Origin: Porphyridium purpureum
Lineage: Eukaryota
Direction: 5' to 3'
Length of the DNA stretch: 64,000 bases
NCBI GenBank assembly: GCA_008690995.1
Contig: VRMN01000003.1
Span: forward strand, 1,984,001-2,048,000
Shown: positions 10,075-20,060 of the stretch, in pieces
Layout of the letters: each line of letters opens with the position of its first letter
How positions within the stretch are numbered: position 1 is the stretch's first letter
Translations under genes and position numbers: made by a program
Notes under the pieces: generated by a model
Database searches by the model: none
Seen by the model: only the letters and a program-made list of their open reading frames with translations
What the model was told of the DNA's origin: nothing

Positions 10075-11301
10075 TGCTGCCGGGCGCGCTCCCCACCTGC
10101 GCGCTGCTGTCGAATACCGCGTGTGGCGAGGAAAGAGGAGCGCCGCGTCGTCGTCACCAGCCGTGGTTATTGGTACCGATTTCATACACCTAAGTATATA
10201 AATAGCACGTGGATTTCGCCGAACGGGAACTCCCTCTTTGAACACCGAGCGCCACACACGCGTAGTGAGCGCGGTTTCCGGTTAATCCATGGACTGTGAA
10301 TTCACGATTAACCGATAACTAGTGCGGGTCCGAGAACGGGTGACTGATGAGCTGCCAGCTGTTAGTCGCTGGGTGAGGCCGTGGCCAAAGTGAGCACGTG
10401 AATGTCCGTCTGTTGGGACACGGATGGCGCGTCAAGCTCGATGCACAGAGCATGGCCAGTGTGGTCGTGAACAGAGCGAGCGCGCGTGACGAAGTGCTCT
10501 TCGTCTGGCATTGCTCTGAACAGCGAATTGTTTAGTGGCGCTTCTCATCGTCGCTGAGCGGTTTCCGAACGGGGGTGCGCAACAAGAAATATACGCATCC
10601 CGGTTCGGGTGTCAGGAGTAGACTTGTTAGTGTGCGCCGCATATGCTAAGGGGTTTTCTCTCCTCACCTTATCATGATTTCATGATTGCAAATAGACTCG
10701 CAAGCCCGACTTCTTGAGAACGCAAATGTTCTACCGACGTTCTCGCAAACAATGGCATGATGCCTCGAAGCTGAATAATTACACAACATGGTATATTCGA
10801 AAAGGAGCAGATAACGCAGCGAAGACGCTCCTCCACTTGAAACCCGATGCATATCCTCACGCCGCCAGCAACTTTGTCGTGAGCTCAGTCTCATGACCGC
10901 ACCCTCCAACACCTGTCCGCCAATGCCGAGGAATGAAGCAGGCACGTTGTGGCGTCTGTGCCCATCATGCGGCAGCCTGCACAGTCGAACTCGTCTTCAT
11001 TGCGCGGCGCGCGCGTTCTTGTGATGTTGAAACTTTGAGGTCTACGGCACAAACAGTTCAGGACAAGGCTTCGCTCCGCAATGGCTGCGTTAAAACCATC
11101 AACGCATTCTTTGCATGCCGTGGCGAACGACGTGTGCCTTCAAGGCGTCGAAATATCGTCAGCCCCGTTACATCAAGCGCCTTGCATGCCATTCATTCCT
11201 CAGAAGTATGCCGTACGTGTTCCATGTGCCAAGTGAGCTCGAGTGGAAAGTGCGCAGGAGAGTACGAGAGAGCGAGACGTAGGAGCCAGAGACGAAGCAA
11301 A

Positions 11302-12666
11302 ATGGAGGCCTGGATTGTTGGTGTCAGGACGGGCGGAGTGCTCGGACTGACGCGCGGGTCGCACGCAAGCGTCCCAAGATGTGATGAAAGAAGGCGAGAT
11401 GTAAGTGCTGTGCAGCGTGCCGGGAGAGCACGAGCGGGCGTGGCTTGCCGCTGTGGAAGTGTAGGCAAAGAGATGAGTGAGCCGGCGTCGCCAGGCGCGG
11501 GATTGATGGACGTGAGTTTCGAGAAGAGCGGCGCCGGTGATGCCCTGGATCTGGGAATCCTCGGATTCGATCACGTTGAGTTTTGGGTGGGCAACGCGAT
11601 GCAGAGCGCGACATACTTTGTCGCCCGGTTTGGTTTTGAGCCATACGCCGAGACGGGCTTGCAGACTGGAAGCCGAAAGGTCATGACGCGCGTCTTGCGT
11701 CGCAATAACGTGCTGATCAGTTTTTCGAGCGCACTCGAGCCTCATGACGAGCTCTTTCGAGAGCAGCTGGCCCGAAGTGGCGATGGCGTGAAAAGCGTAG
11801 CATTTAGCGTGCGCGACTGCGCCCATGCGTTCGATGCGGCCGTTCAACGAGGCGCCAAGCCCGTGCAGCCCGTGCGCACATTGAAGGATGAAAATGGAGT
11901 GGTCAAGGTGGCAATCATCGAGGCCGGGTACGGTGGGACCTGGCACACATTCGTGGAGCGCCACGCGTTTACAGGGAGCTTCATGCCGGGCTTCCGTGCC
12001 ATGAATCCACACGAGGAACCCCTAGTCAAGTATGGAGCACCCCCTCCCGAGTTCGAGGTTATTGACCATTGCGTGTGCAATGTCTTTGAAGGCGACATGG
12101 AAGAGGCCGCCGAATGGTACATCCGAACGCTGGGCTTCCAGCGCTTTTGGTCTGTGGATGACAAGCAAATTCTAACCGAATACTCTGCAATGCGCTCTGT
12201 CGTTGTCACAGACCCGACAGAGAAAGTCAAGCTACCGCTGAACGAAAGCGCCAAGGGCAAGCGCAAGAGCCAGATTGAGGAATTTTTAGACTACTTTGGT
12301 GGTCCCGGGATCCAGCACATTGCTATCCGAACGGGTGATATCGTGAATGCGGTTGCGGCGTTGCGCAAGCGAGGAGTTGATTTCATCTCCGTGCCGGACA
12401 CCTATTATGAGGATCTGAGAGCGCGGCTGGAACAGTACGGCGTCTCTTTGCGTGAAAACTTGGACGATATACAAGAGCAAGGTCTGCTGGTCGATTTCGA
12501 TGAGCGCGGTTACTTGCTGCAGATTTTTACGCGGCCGCTGCAACCGAGACCCACTCTATTTCTGGAAATTTTACAGCGCAGGAGTCATGAAGGCTTCGGC
12601 GTGAACAATTTTAAGACTTTGTTCGAGGCCATCGAGCGCGATCAGGCGCTTCGTGGCAACTTGTAG
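11302..12666 (+). CDS. HPPD: 4-hydroxyphenylpyruvate dioxygenase with transit-peptide-like N-terminus
   Basis: GFDHVEFWVGNA, IDHCVCN, GPGIQHIA, GYLLQIFT, FLEILQR..GFGVNNFKTLFEAIERDQ. Start taken at MEAWIVG. Confidence 0.96.
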   Translation: MEAWIVGVRTGGVLGLTRGSHASVPRCDERRRDVSAVQRAGRARAGVACRCGSVGKEMSEPASPGAGLMDVSFEKSGAGDALDLGILGFDHVEFWVGNAMQSATYFVARFGFEPYAETGLQTGSRKVMTRVLRRNNVLISFSSALEPHDELFREQLARSGDGVKSVAFSVRDCAHAFDAAVQRGAKPVQPVRTLKDENGVVKVAIIEAGYGGTWHTFVERHAFTGSFMPGFRAMNPHEEPLVKYGAPPPEFEVIDHCVCNVFEGDMEEAAEWYIRTLGFQRFWSVDDKQILTEYSAMRSVVVTDPTEKVKLPLNESAKGKRKSQIEEFLDYFGGPGIQHIAIRTGDIVNAVAALRKRGVDFISVPDTYYEDLRARLEQYGVSLRENLDDIQEQGLLVDFDERGYLLQIFTRPLQPRPTLFLEILQRRSHEGFGVNNFKTLFEAIERDQALRGNL

Positions 12667-12860
12667 TTCACTTAAACACTATGGAAATCGCAGCCGCGCG
12701 GTAATACGCGCAAAGTCCCGACTGTGCAAAACTACCTACTGGCCTTGTCCGTTTTGAGCTGTTCTGATCCTGAAAGGATCCGCGCGCCGCGCGCCCTCTT
12801 GCGGTGAGCAGCTCTCTAGTTGGGGAAAGTCCAAAACTGCGTTGACCGCGACGCAAGGTT

Positions 12861-13094
12861 TCACTTTGAAGCCATTGTGGAAGACACGGTATTCATGCCG
12901 TCCACAAGCCGGTCCACGCAGTTTTCCAAGCACGTCTTCTCGCGCTCGGACAACTTTGTTGACGGCGACGTGACACACTGCTTGAAGCATTTCCTCACAG
13001 CCAGTTGCATCATCTCCTCCATGAATCGCGCTTGCAGTTGAGACGCGACAGCATGTTCGACTTGCTGCATGGACGGCAATTCACCACTGTCCAT
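12861..13094 (-). CDS. TIM13: Mitochondrial small Tim chaperone (Tim13/Tim8 family)
   Basis: Twin CX3C motif (KCFKQCV ... EKTCLENCVDR) in a 77-aa ORF starting MDSGEL. Confidence 0.88.
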   Translation of the reverse strand: MDSGELPSMQQVEHAVASQLQARFMEEMMQLAVRKCFKQCVTSPSTKLSEREKTCLENCVDRLVDGMNTVSSTMASK

Positions 13095-13420
13095 CGTACT
13101 GCCTTTCTCCTTGTGTGCCCTTGCCCGCGCCCGTCCCCGACCGCCCACCTCTCTCCTTGCGCTTTTCTCGCCCCTCACACGCCTATAAGCCACGCGAACG
13201 ATTCCGTCCGTCCGTGAGTCGTCCTCGCGAGTGAACTGGCCGGAATATTTTTTATATTTTTTTTTATTCAGAATGTGGGGATGCATATCGACATGCTTCT
13301 TACGCGCTCGCGTGTAAACGCATCGTCCATATTGCTCAATACCACGACGCACGAACACTGCTGGTCTCCATCGAAAGAGCACTGTCTGCTCACGGGCGCT
13401 ATAAGTCGTTACAATTAGCG

Positions 13421-14476
13421 TTACTCTGGTTCGTCCCCAAACCGCGTCATCCTTTCTCTCTCGAACATCTCGTGCAGTGCGCCCTTTGACGCCAAGAGTT
13501 TCAGCATCTCCAGCATAAATGGCACGTAGTTGTGTTTTCTTCTCGCATTTTCGGTGGCGTAATTGGCGTGCCGTGCTCTCTCACGAGCAAGCTGATGTTC
13601 AATTTCGACTAGCCGGGCAGTTGCTGCCTGGCGGTCTTCATCGCTAGTCGAGTCCGCTTGCGCGACTTGACGATTCAGCGCGTCGCGCTCCTCGAGCAGT
13701 TTCTTTTCGCGGTCCGCCACCACCGCCATCAAGTTGAAACGGATCTCGTTCGCACTGTAGTCATAAATTCGACGTTGGATGGCCGGCACCGCGACTCGCC
13801 ACCACTTCTGCTGACTAGATGTGCTCGCTGGTGACTCGTGGTCAGTTACATACGAGCCAAGAAGGATAGGCCCTTCTTGCAGGCCGTCTAGCTCGTAGAC
13901 GGCGCCGCGATGCGGGACATAGCTCACAAAATGGTAGATGTCTTCCTCTGCGTCAGCGCTCTTCTCCTGTTTTTCCGCGTCGAGCTGCTGGTTGGGCCCA
14001 AACTCGTTGTGCACGGCGCGGATCTTCTCCGAATTCGAGATGGCAAGCCCTTTCAGCTGCGGGTCAAACCCAGCTGTGAACTGCTTCAACCGCGTGAGCT
14101 CCTCCCCTATCGAGACGTCAGTTCCGTGAGCGGTGTCGAGATTCAGAAGGATCGACAACAGCGCCTGTGTGGCACAGGCGTTGTTGATGACCTGATTTGC
14201 GAAAAACAAGTCTGGCACCATGTCAAACGAGATCAACTGACGAGGTTGTTGCTGCTGCTCCTGCTTCCCGTCCCGATCTGCCGCAACGGGCACCATGCGC
14301 GGCACCCACTTGAATAGAAAAATTAGGCCGAACACCGCGTCGCCTAGTGCGCCAAAGTCATCGTCGTCAAGCCCATACAGCTCGTCCACTTCGACCCCGC
14401 TCACACCCATGTTCTGAATCATCTCCGTGAACACGCCCGGGTCGCTCTCAATCGTACACCATCCTTCCAAAGACAT
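13421..14476 (-). CDS. UCHL5: Ubiquitin C-terminal hydrolase UCH37/UCHL5
   Basis: WCTIESDPGVFT, FFANQVINNACATQA (catalytic Cys), YHFVSYVP..YELDGL, C-terminal ENARRKHNYVPF. Confidence 0.95.
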   Translation of the reverse strand: MSLEGWCTIESDPGVFTEMIQNMGVSGVEVDELYGLDDDDFGALGDAVFGLIFLFKWVPRMVPVAADRDGKQEQQQQPRQLISFDMVPDLFFANQVINNACATQALLSILLNLDTAHGTDVSIGEELTRLKQFTAGFDPQLKGLAISNSEKIRAVHNEFGPNQQLDAEKQEKSADAEEDIYHFVSYVPHRGAVYELDGLQEGPILLGSYVTDHESPASTSSQQKWWRVAVPAIQRRIYDYSANEIRFNLMAVVADREKKLLEERDALNRQVAQADSTSDEDRQAATARLVEIEHQLARERARHANYATENARRKHNYVPFMLEMLKLLASKGALHEMFERERMTRFGDEPE

Positions 14477-14678
14477 GGCGGGCTGTACGCTGTCGTTGTG
14501 TTCGTCTCTCTGTCTTCCGCCCTTCTTTATTTTACTCTCGGACGAATCGCTCGGCGAGTTCCTCGGACGAGTTTCCGCTTTGTCAACTCGTTCGATTTGC
14601 GAGGCGAGAAGTTTGGTGCAAGGCTCATGTACTGTGAAACGTGCTTTTGTTCTTTATGTAACTCGAATGGGTTGCGTG

Positions 14679-15695
14679 CTACCAGAATCTCGATAGAAAA
14701 GAGAATATCCTGGAACTTTCTTGGGCAACCTCGTCCTTCAACGCAACCTCGTCCTTCAACGCCACCTCGTCGCTACCTTGCAACGAGCCATGACTATTCC
14801 TCGCATGGATGGCATTCGAATGTGGTTTCCCAGACGCGCCGTGCTCCGATTCCGACGCGCTGTCACTTGAACATGAATCCGATGTGATTCGACCGCTCTT
14901 GCATGAGGTGGAGCCGCGGCTCCCTGTTCTTTTTCTTCTTCTGCCTGCTTTGCCTTGGGTGCCATCGCTGTCGCTCGGGATGCCATCGGCGGACCGATCT
15001 CGGGTCTGGACACGAAAAAGCATGCTCGCTTCGGACGGCATGGTGGGCCCGCGTTCCTTCTCTGGTCCCATTGTGGTGTTTGCAGTGCCGCTGCTGCTTT
15101 CAGGGCAAACCTCCTTCTTCTCTCCTTCTGGACGAGGAGCATCCGGTTGCGTATCTTCCCGAGCTGCGCGTGCAGCTTCTACGGATGCAAGACGCATTCT
15201 GAGCGAGCGATGAGCCTGCCTAAGCTCATTAACACGGTCGCACGGGCATGTCAAGAACTCTTCCTCCACTTTGCCCACCTGAGCACTGAGCTTATCCACC
15301 AACGCTTGGACGTGCGCGTCGCTTGCACTGAGCACATACAACTGCAACTCGATCGTTTTCGTGAGCGTCAACTCTGTGCAGTCCATCGCAAACGCCGGTG
15401 ACTCAGCGTCCAGTCCACGCGCCGCCGCGGCCGCGGCAGCCGAGCCCAGACGCCCGTGAGCGGCTGGCTGAGCCGCGACGCCAGGCGCTCCGTCCTGCTG
15501 ACCACCTTGGCCAGCGCATTCTACCTTTCCAGTGATGTCCGGCACCGCATTTTCTCCCGCACGCAATCCAGTCGGCCGGTACGGTTTCCGCGGCGCCACT
15601 ACTGCCATCCTCACGGCCTGTGGCTTCTCCATCTCCGCATTCAACTCACCACCACCACCGATTTCACTCACTACTCGCCCCACCACTCGCGCCAT
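14679..15695 (-). CDS. Hypothetical low-complexity/coiled-coil protein
   Basis: Long open frame (405 aa from the upstream ATG at 15896; alternative start MARVVG at 15695) with a helical centre and Ser-rich tail. No recognised domain. Confidence 0.55.
   Translation of the reverse strand: MARVVGRVVSEIGGGGELNAEMEKPQAVRMAVVAPRKPYRPTGLRAGENAVPDITGKVECAGQGGQQDGAPGVAAQPAAHGRLGSAAAAAAARGLDAESPAFAMDCTELTLTKTIELQLYVLSASDAHVQALVDKLSAQVGKVEEEFLTCPCDRVNELRQAHRSLRMRLASVEAARAAREDTQPDAPRPEGEKKEVCPESSSGTANTTMGPEKERGPTMPSEASMLFRVQTRDRSADGIPSDSDGTQGKAGRRRKRTGSRGSTSCKSGRITSDSCSSDSASESEHGASGKPHSNAIHARNSHGSLQGSDEVALKDEVALKDEVAQESSRIFSFLSRFW
14725..14771. repeat. 18-bp tandem repeat (GCAACCTCGTCCTTCAAC x2.6), encoding DEVALK repeats on the minus strand
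   Basis: Two exact copies at 14725-14760 plus a partial third copy. Confidence 0.85.
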
Positions 15696-16919
15696 CTCTA
15701 GCGGAAAAAAGGGAACCCCCAGAAAAAAGCCACTGTACACACTGTACATACTGGGCATGCAGTGTACCTCATAAATGAGAACTGTACCGCAAAAATGTTG
15801 CGCGGTGCGTTGAATGGCCGGCTCGGCATCGGGTGTGAAGGTTTGCGGCTGCTGTGTGCCTGTGTGTGAATCTGTTGACTTGGGTTTCGTCGTCATCAGC
15901 GTGTCGCACGCACGCGTGACTCGTTAGTGGCTCGCTTGTGGGCGCCGACAAGATGTACGCTGTCGTTGACGGTAAATGTGATTCACGTGTGCTGAAGAGA
16001 AGGCTGCAAGTCGCGCCGCGACGCCATGCGATGACTCGCATTCATGCTTGTTCTGAGTCTATCTCTGACGGAGGGAAAATGACAAGGTGGTGCGTGGGCT
16101 GTCTTTCAACCCGCACGGAGCAAAGTGGAAGAAAGAAAGACGAACAGGGCCCAGGGAGCACGGTGCCCGAAGCCTGTGAGCGCAAGCTCCAGCGCCAGTC
16201 ATTGCAATCCCAGGATCTAGTGCGGACATTCATTTCGCGATCAACGAAGACATCTCGCTCATTCCGCACTCGACGTCGCTGCGTCGCGAAAAAAATGAGA
16301 GCCATCAGCAGCTCTTCGAGTGTGGGTCAGGTTTGCCAAACGCATGGGCAACACGCAAACTGGCAAGGCGCCATTCAGTCATCTGTCAGAGCTTGGCGCT
16401 TGTACATACGAGAGCGCGTCGGCAGAGTTGCTAACATCCTCCCTTCCAACTTTCCTGCGCAGTGAACAGCCAAACATCGTTGCGTACCTCGCCAGTACCC
16501 GAGATCCGCGTGAACGCCGACGGCAACCGCACTCTTTGAGGTGCCGACGCATACAGAGTAGTAGCCGCGATTTCTTCGGACCGGGCTGGATACCGCGACC
16601 CGCGCTGGCTTCTTTGCAGCCGCCTCAACATCTACACCAACACCAGGGCGCTCTGGCAAAGCGTGCGCGTGACCATTTGTGTACAGGTGTGCACTGTACA
16701 CGCGCGCACGAACCGATGAAAATATTAAAATAATCCTTGAAAGTTAAAAATGAAAAGGCGCGTGCTGGCAAGTGGCGCGGGAGGCGAGTGAGAATAGCGA
16801 AGGAGAGGCAGGCAGAGAGAGACACAGAGAGAAGAAGAGAGACGGGATCGGCGCCTGCGAGGGAGAAGTAGGGGCGGAGGCGGGATCGAGCAGGATCAGG
16901 ATACCGTTTGCTGTTAGCA

Positions 16920-17681
16920 ATGAGCGGAATCGGGACAGGGTATGACCTGTCGACGACAACGTTTTCGCCGGACGGACGGGTGTTTCAGGTGGAGTACTCG
17001 AGCAAGGCGGTAGAGAATAGCGGGACGCTGGTCGGTGTGCGATGCAAGGATGGGGTCGTCATGGCGATTGAGAAGATCGTGACGTCAAAGATGATGGTCA
17101 AGGGCTCGTGCCGTAGATGTCACATCGTGGATCTCCACGCGGGGTTGTCGGTGGCCGGCATGGGCGCAGATGGGCGCGTCATTGTGGATCGAGCAAGGCA
17201 GGAGGCAGCACAGTACCGCTCGATCTATGGTATTGAGATTCCAGGTCGGGTACTCGCTGAGCGCATTGCTTCATTCGTGCATATGTACTCGCTGTATTGG
17301 TTTGTCCGACCGTTCGGGTGCGCAGTCATGTTCGGATCGTACTCGGAAGAGGAAGGCCCGCAGCTGTACGTCATAGAACCGTCTGGCATTGTGTATCGCT
17401 ACTTTGCCTACGCGCTCGGGAAAGGCAAGCAAATTGCAAAGACCGAACTGGAAAAGATCAAGTTTGACGAAATTACGTGTCGCGAGGCCATCAAGGAACT
17501 CACGAACATTATTGTCGGCAAATGCCGCGATGAGTCTAGAGACAAGGCATTTGAGCTCGAAATGCTATGGATCTGTGACGAAAGCCTAAGAAAGTGCCAG
17601 TTGGTGCCCAGCGCACTGGTTGATGAAGCGCTTGAGCTAGCCAAAGCAGCCGCAGAGTCGGACGACGAGGATATGGAATAA
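16920..17681 (+). CDS. PSMA3: 20S proteasome alpha-7 subunit
   Basis: MSGIGTGYDLSTTTFSPDGRVFQVEY, YWFVRPFGC, acidic C-terminal tail. Confidence 0.96.
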   Translation: MSGIGTGYDLSTTTFSPDGRVFQVEYSSKAVENSGTLVGVRCKDGVVMAIEKIVTSKMMVKGSCRRCHIVDLHAGLSVAGMGADGRVIVDRARQEAAQYRSIYGIEIPGRVLAERIASFVHMYSLYWFVRPFGCAVMFGSYSEEEGPQLYVIEPSGIVYRYFAYALGKGKQIAKTELEKIKFDEITCREAIKELTNIIVGKCRDESRDKAFELEMLWICDESLRKCQLVPSALVDEALELAKAAAESDDEDME

Positions 17682-17864
17682 TTCTCTGCGTCCTGTTTTT
17701 TCGTGTTTGTCTTTCCTGTTCAGTGCATTTCGATAAACCACCTTTACATTTACCACGAGATCACGCGAGATGTGTCCAGTTGCGAGACTGTGCCCACGCT
17801 GTAGGGAGTTGGAAGTAAGGGACACTGTTCAGGAAGCTCAAGTCACAAAGCGGGGACCCAAGGC

Positions 17865-18719
17865 ATGGCGTTTTGCAGCGCTCTAGTTCCAAGCGGCGCG
17901 CAGCGCCGCGTCAAGATGGCCGCAACAAGCCCGTCGACGGGACGGGGCATTCCGTCGCGACGCGACTTTCTGGGGCTGGCAGCTTGGTCTGCAGCGGCCC
18001 TTGCCATGCCAAAGAAGGCGAGTGCTGCGGAGTCTGCAGTTGAGGCACCACCCGTCTTGCCCCTCCCGCCTTTGCCTTACAGCTACACTGCGCTGGAGCC
18101 TGTGATTGACGAGGAAACCATGAAGCTTCACCACGACAAGCATTTTGCGACCTACACCAAAACACTGAATGCTGCGCTGGCTCAGCTCGCAGTGACTCAG
18201 CGCGACTTGCTGCCAAAGGATCTTTCCACGACCAACGCGGTGACGGTAGCCGCATTGGTCAGCTCACTGAAGCAGATCAAGGACGAAAAAGTGCGGTCGA
18301 CCATTCGCAATCATGGCGGCGGGTACCTTAATCATCTTCTCTACTTCAGCACGCTGAGGCCCATGCGTGAGAAGAACGCCCCGAAGGCCGGTTCCAAGAT
18401 CGAGGCCGCGCTGATCAGCTCGTTTGGATCCGTGGAGGCATTCAAGCAGGAGCTGATCGACAAGTCCATGTCCCAGTTTGGAAGCGGTTGGGGTTGGCTC
18501 TACTACGACGGCTCCGCTCAGAAACTCAAGGTGAGCAACACGCCAAACCAAGACACGCCTGTAATGGAATCCGTGAACAATATTTGTCTGTTTGGAATCG
18601 ACGTGTGGGAGCACGCCTACTATCTTCGCCGAAAGAACGATCGCGGCGCGTATGTAAAGGCGATCTTCGACCTCGTCGACTGGGACACCGTTGAGGCGAT
18701 GTACACTGCACATGTGTGA
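17865..18719 (+). CDS. SOD: Fe/Mn superoxide dismutase (Mn-type residues) with bipartite plastid + Tat signal
   Basis: LPYSYTALEP, TMKLHHDKH, NHGGGYLNH, FGSGWGWL, NQD, DVWEHAYY. N-terminus is MAF...SRRDFL-hydrophobic-ASA. Confidence 0.95.
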   Translation: MAFCSALVPSGAQRRVKMAATSPSTGRGIPSRRDFLGLAAWSAAALAMPKKASAAESAVEAPPVLPLPPLPYSYTALEPVIDEETMKLHHDKHFATYTKTLNAALAQLAVTQRDLLPKDLSTTNAVTVAALVSSLKQIKDEKVRSTIRNHGGGYLNHLLYFSTLRPMREKNAPKAGSKIEAALISSFGSVEAFKQELIDKSMSQFGSGWGWLYYDGSAQKLKVSNTPNQDTPVMESVNNICLFGIDVWEHAYYLRRKNDRGAYVKAIFDLVDWDTVEAMYTAHV

Positions 18720-19962
18720 GTTTGGGACTTGAAAAGCTGGCCGAGACCGTGTATGTTGGAAAGAAGAACCCTTGATGGAGCAGTGCGCTAGTGCGTCACC
18801 GATCGTTTGCTCGGGAGTGGGTGGAGCGTTCCAGGGAGAGGAAAAAAAGGTGAGAATGTCGCGAAAGAGGCGGTCGCATGACTCTTCAGCCGTTGGTTCG
18901 AAGAAGCTTCACCACACCCGAAACCAACCATATGCACGCAGGAACACATGGTGGCGACATGCCACAGAGAAACGCATGATGAGAGACCTGCATGCGCATG
19001 TCGTTTATCTTGAGAAGCACCGCACCAGTGTTCCGGGCCGCCAGTAAATTTCTTCTTCCCTCTTTCGTTCTTTTTCCTTTGTGACCTACAGTACGTTGAT
19101 GAGAGCCTGCTGGCTATGGAAAGGTCTTTTTTTTTTTTTGTTTGTTTTTTTTTCTGCTGAGGCTATGTGACCAGGTCGGCGTTGGCTTTTGCCGCCATGT
19201 ATCTTTTCGCTTTCTGTGTCATGCCCTCGTGGCACGGAACAGGCGAAGCTAGAGCAACACTGGATTCCGAGTCATGCGGCAAGGGGTCTTGAGCGAGGCA
19301 GACATACACGTGTGCATGAAGCGAAGAACACACATCAAAAACGTTTCCTGCAGTCCCATTTGCATTTTGGTGCAATGGGGTCGCAAATGCGCGCAGGCGA
19401 AACCATCTTCCAGATTTTACCCTAGACGTAGGGTATCGATGCGAATCTGATTAGATAAGGGTGTTTTGATAGAAAGACGGTACAGTTCGGTGCGATGCGC
19501 AGCTGACGGGGCGCGAACGGCGCGCCGCAAGCGCCCCTTCGAATTTAACGGAGCAAGGTTGAAACCGTGTGTCGACAAGGCGCAAAGCGGAATGGGCGAC
19601 TGGCGCTGCGTGCCGTCTGTGTTGCGTGATTCGCAGTGCGGGCGGTTGCCGCAAAGGTATAAGAGGGCGGAGGACTGGATCCAGAGCGGTCGCAATATGG
19701 GGCCGTGGTTTGGAAATCATGGCTTCGTGTGGGTCTGGCACGCAGACAGGAGTCTCGGTTGCCCATGCGAGACACAGCAGCAGCTTGAGAACGAGTGGCA
19801 CCTGCGACGGCGTGCTTTCCGAGAATTCCACAACTCGGAGAGAGACAAGAAACAGGTAAGGGCGTGGCTAAACTTTCCAATCCATCCATACCAGGTCGAA
19901 CGGATTCGTGTCCTGACTTGAAAGGAAGACAAGCAAGTGGGCGTCGAAAACTCGGAATTGAA

Positions 19963-19995
19963 TCACGATCACGATCACGATCGCGATCGCGACCG
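19963..19995. repeat. Degenerate hexamer repeat (TCACGA/TCGCGA)n upstream of the RWP-RK gene
   Basis: tcacgatcacgatcacgatcgcgatcgcgaccg read directly. Confidence 0.7.
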
Positions 19996-20060
19996 TCCTC
20001 GTCTGCCGTCATTTGGTCCGAGGCCCCCTCTGACAAGTCGAACAAAGGTAAGCACGCGCC

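Noticed and set aside
10343..10400. CTGATGAG resembling a hammerhead ribozyme core
   Set aside because: No stem II followed by GAAA and no flanking stems could be formed.
10933..11301. Extended N-termini in the ORF track (HPPD; likewise clathrin, TPS, RPL23A, linker, PEPCK)
   Set aside because: Most begin at non-ATG codons, and the HPPD one at an upstream ATG. They translate leader sequence with no targeting or domain character, so downstream ATGs fit better.
14725..14771. Direct repeats considered as a CRISPR-like array
   Set aside because: Head-to-tail 18-bp coding repeats without spacers, in a eukaryotic gene.
15940..16730. Short overlapping ORFs between the hypothetical gene and PSMA3
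   Set aside because: No motifs and no consistent frame; treated as a divergent promoter/UTR region.
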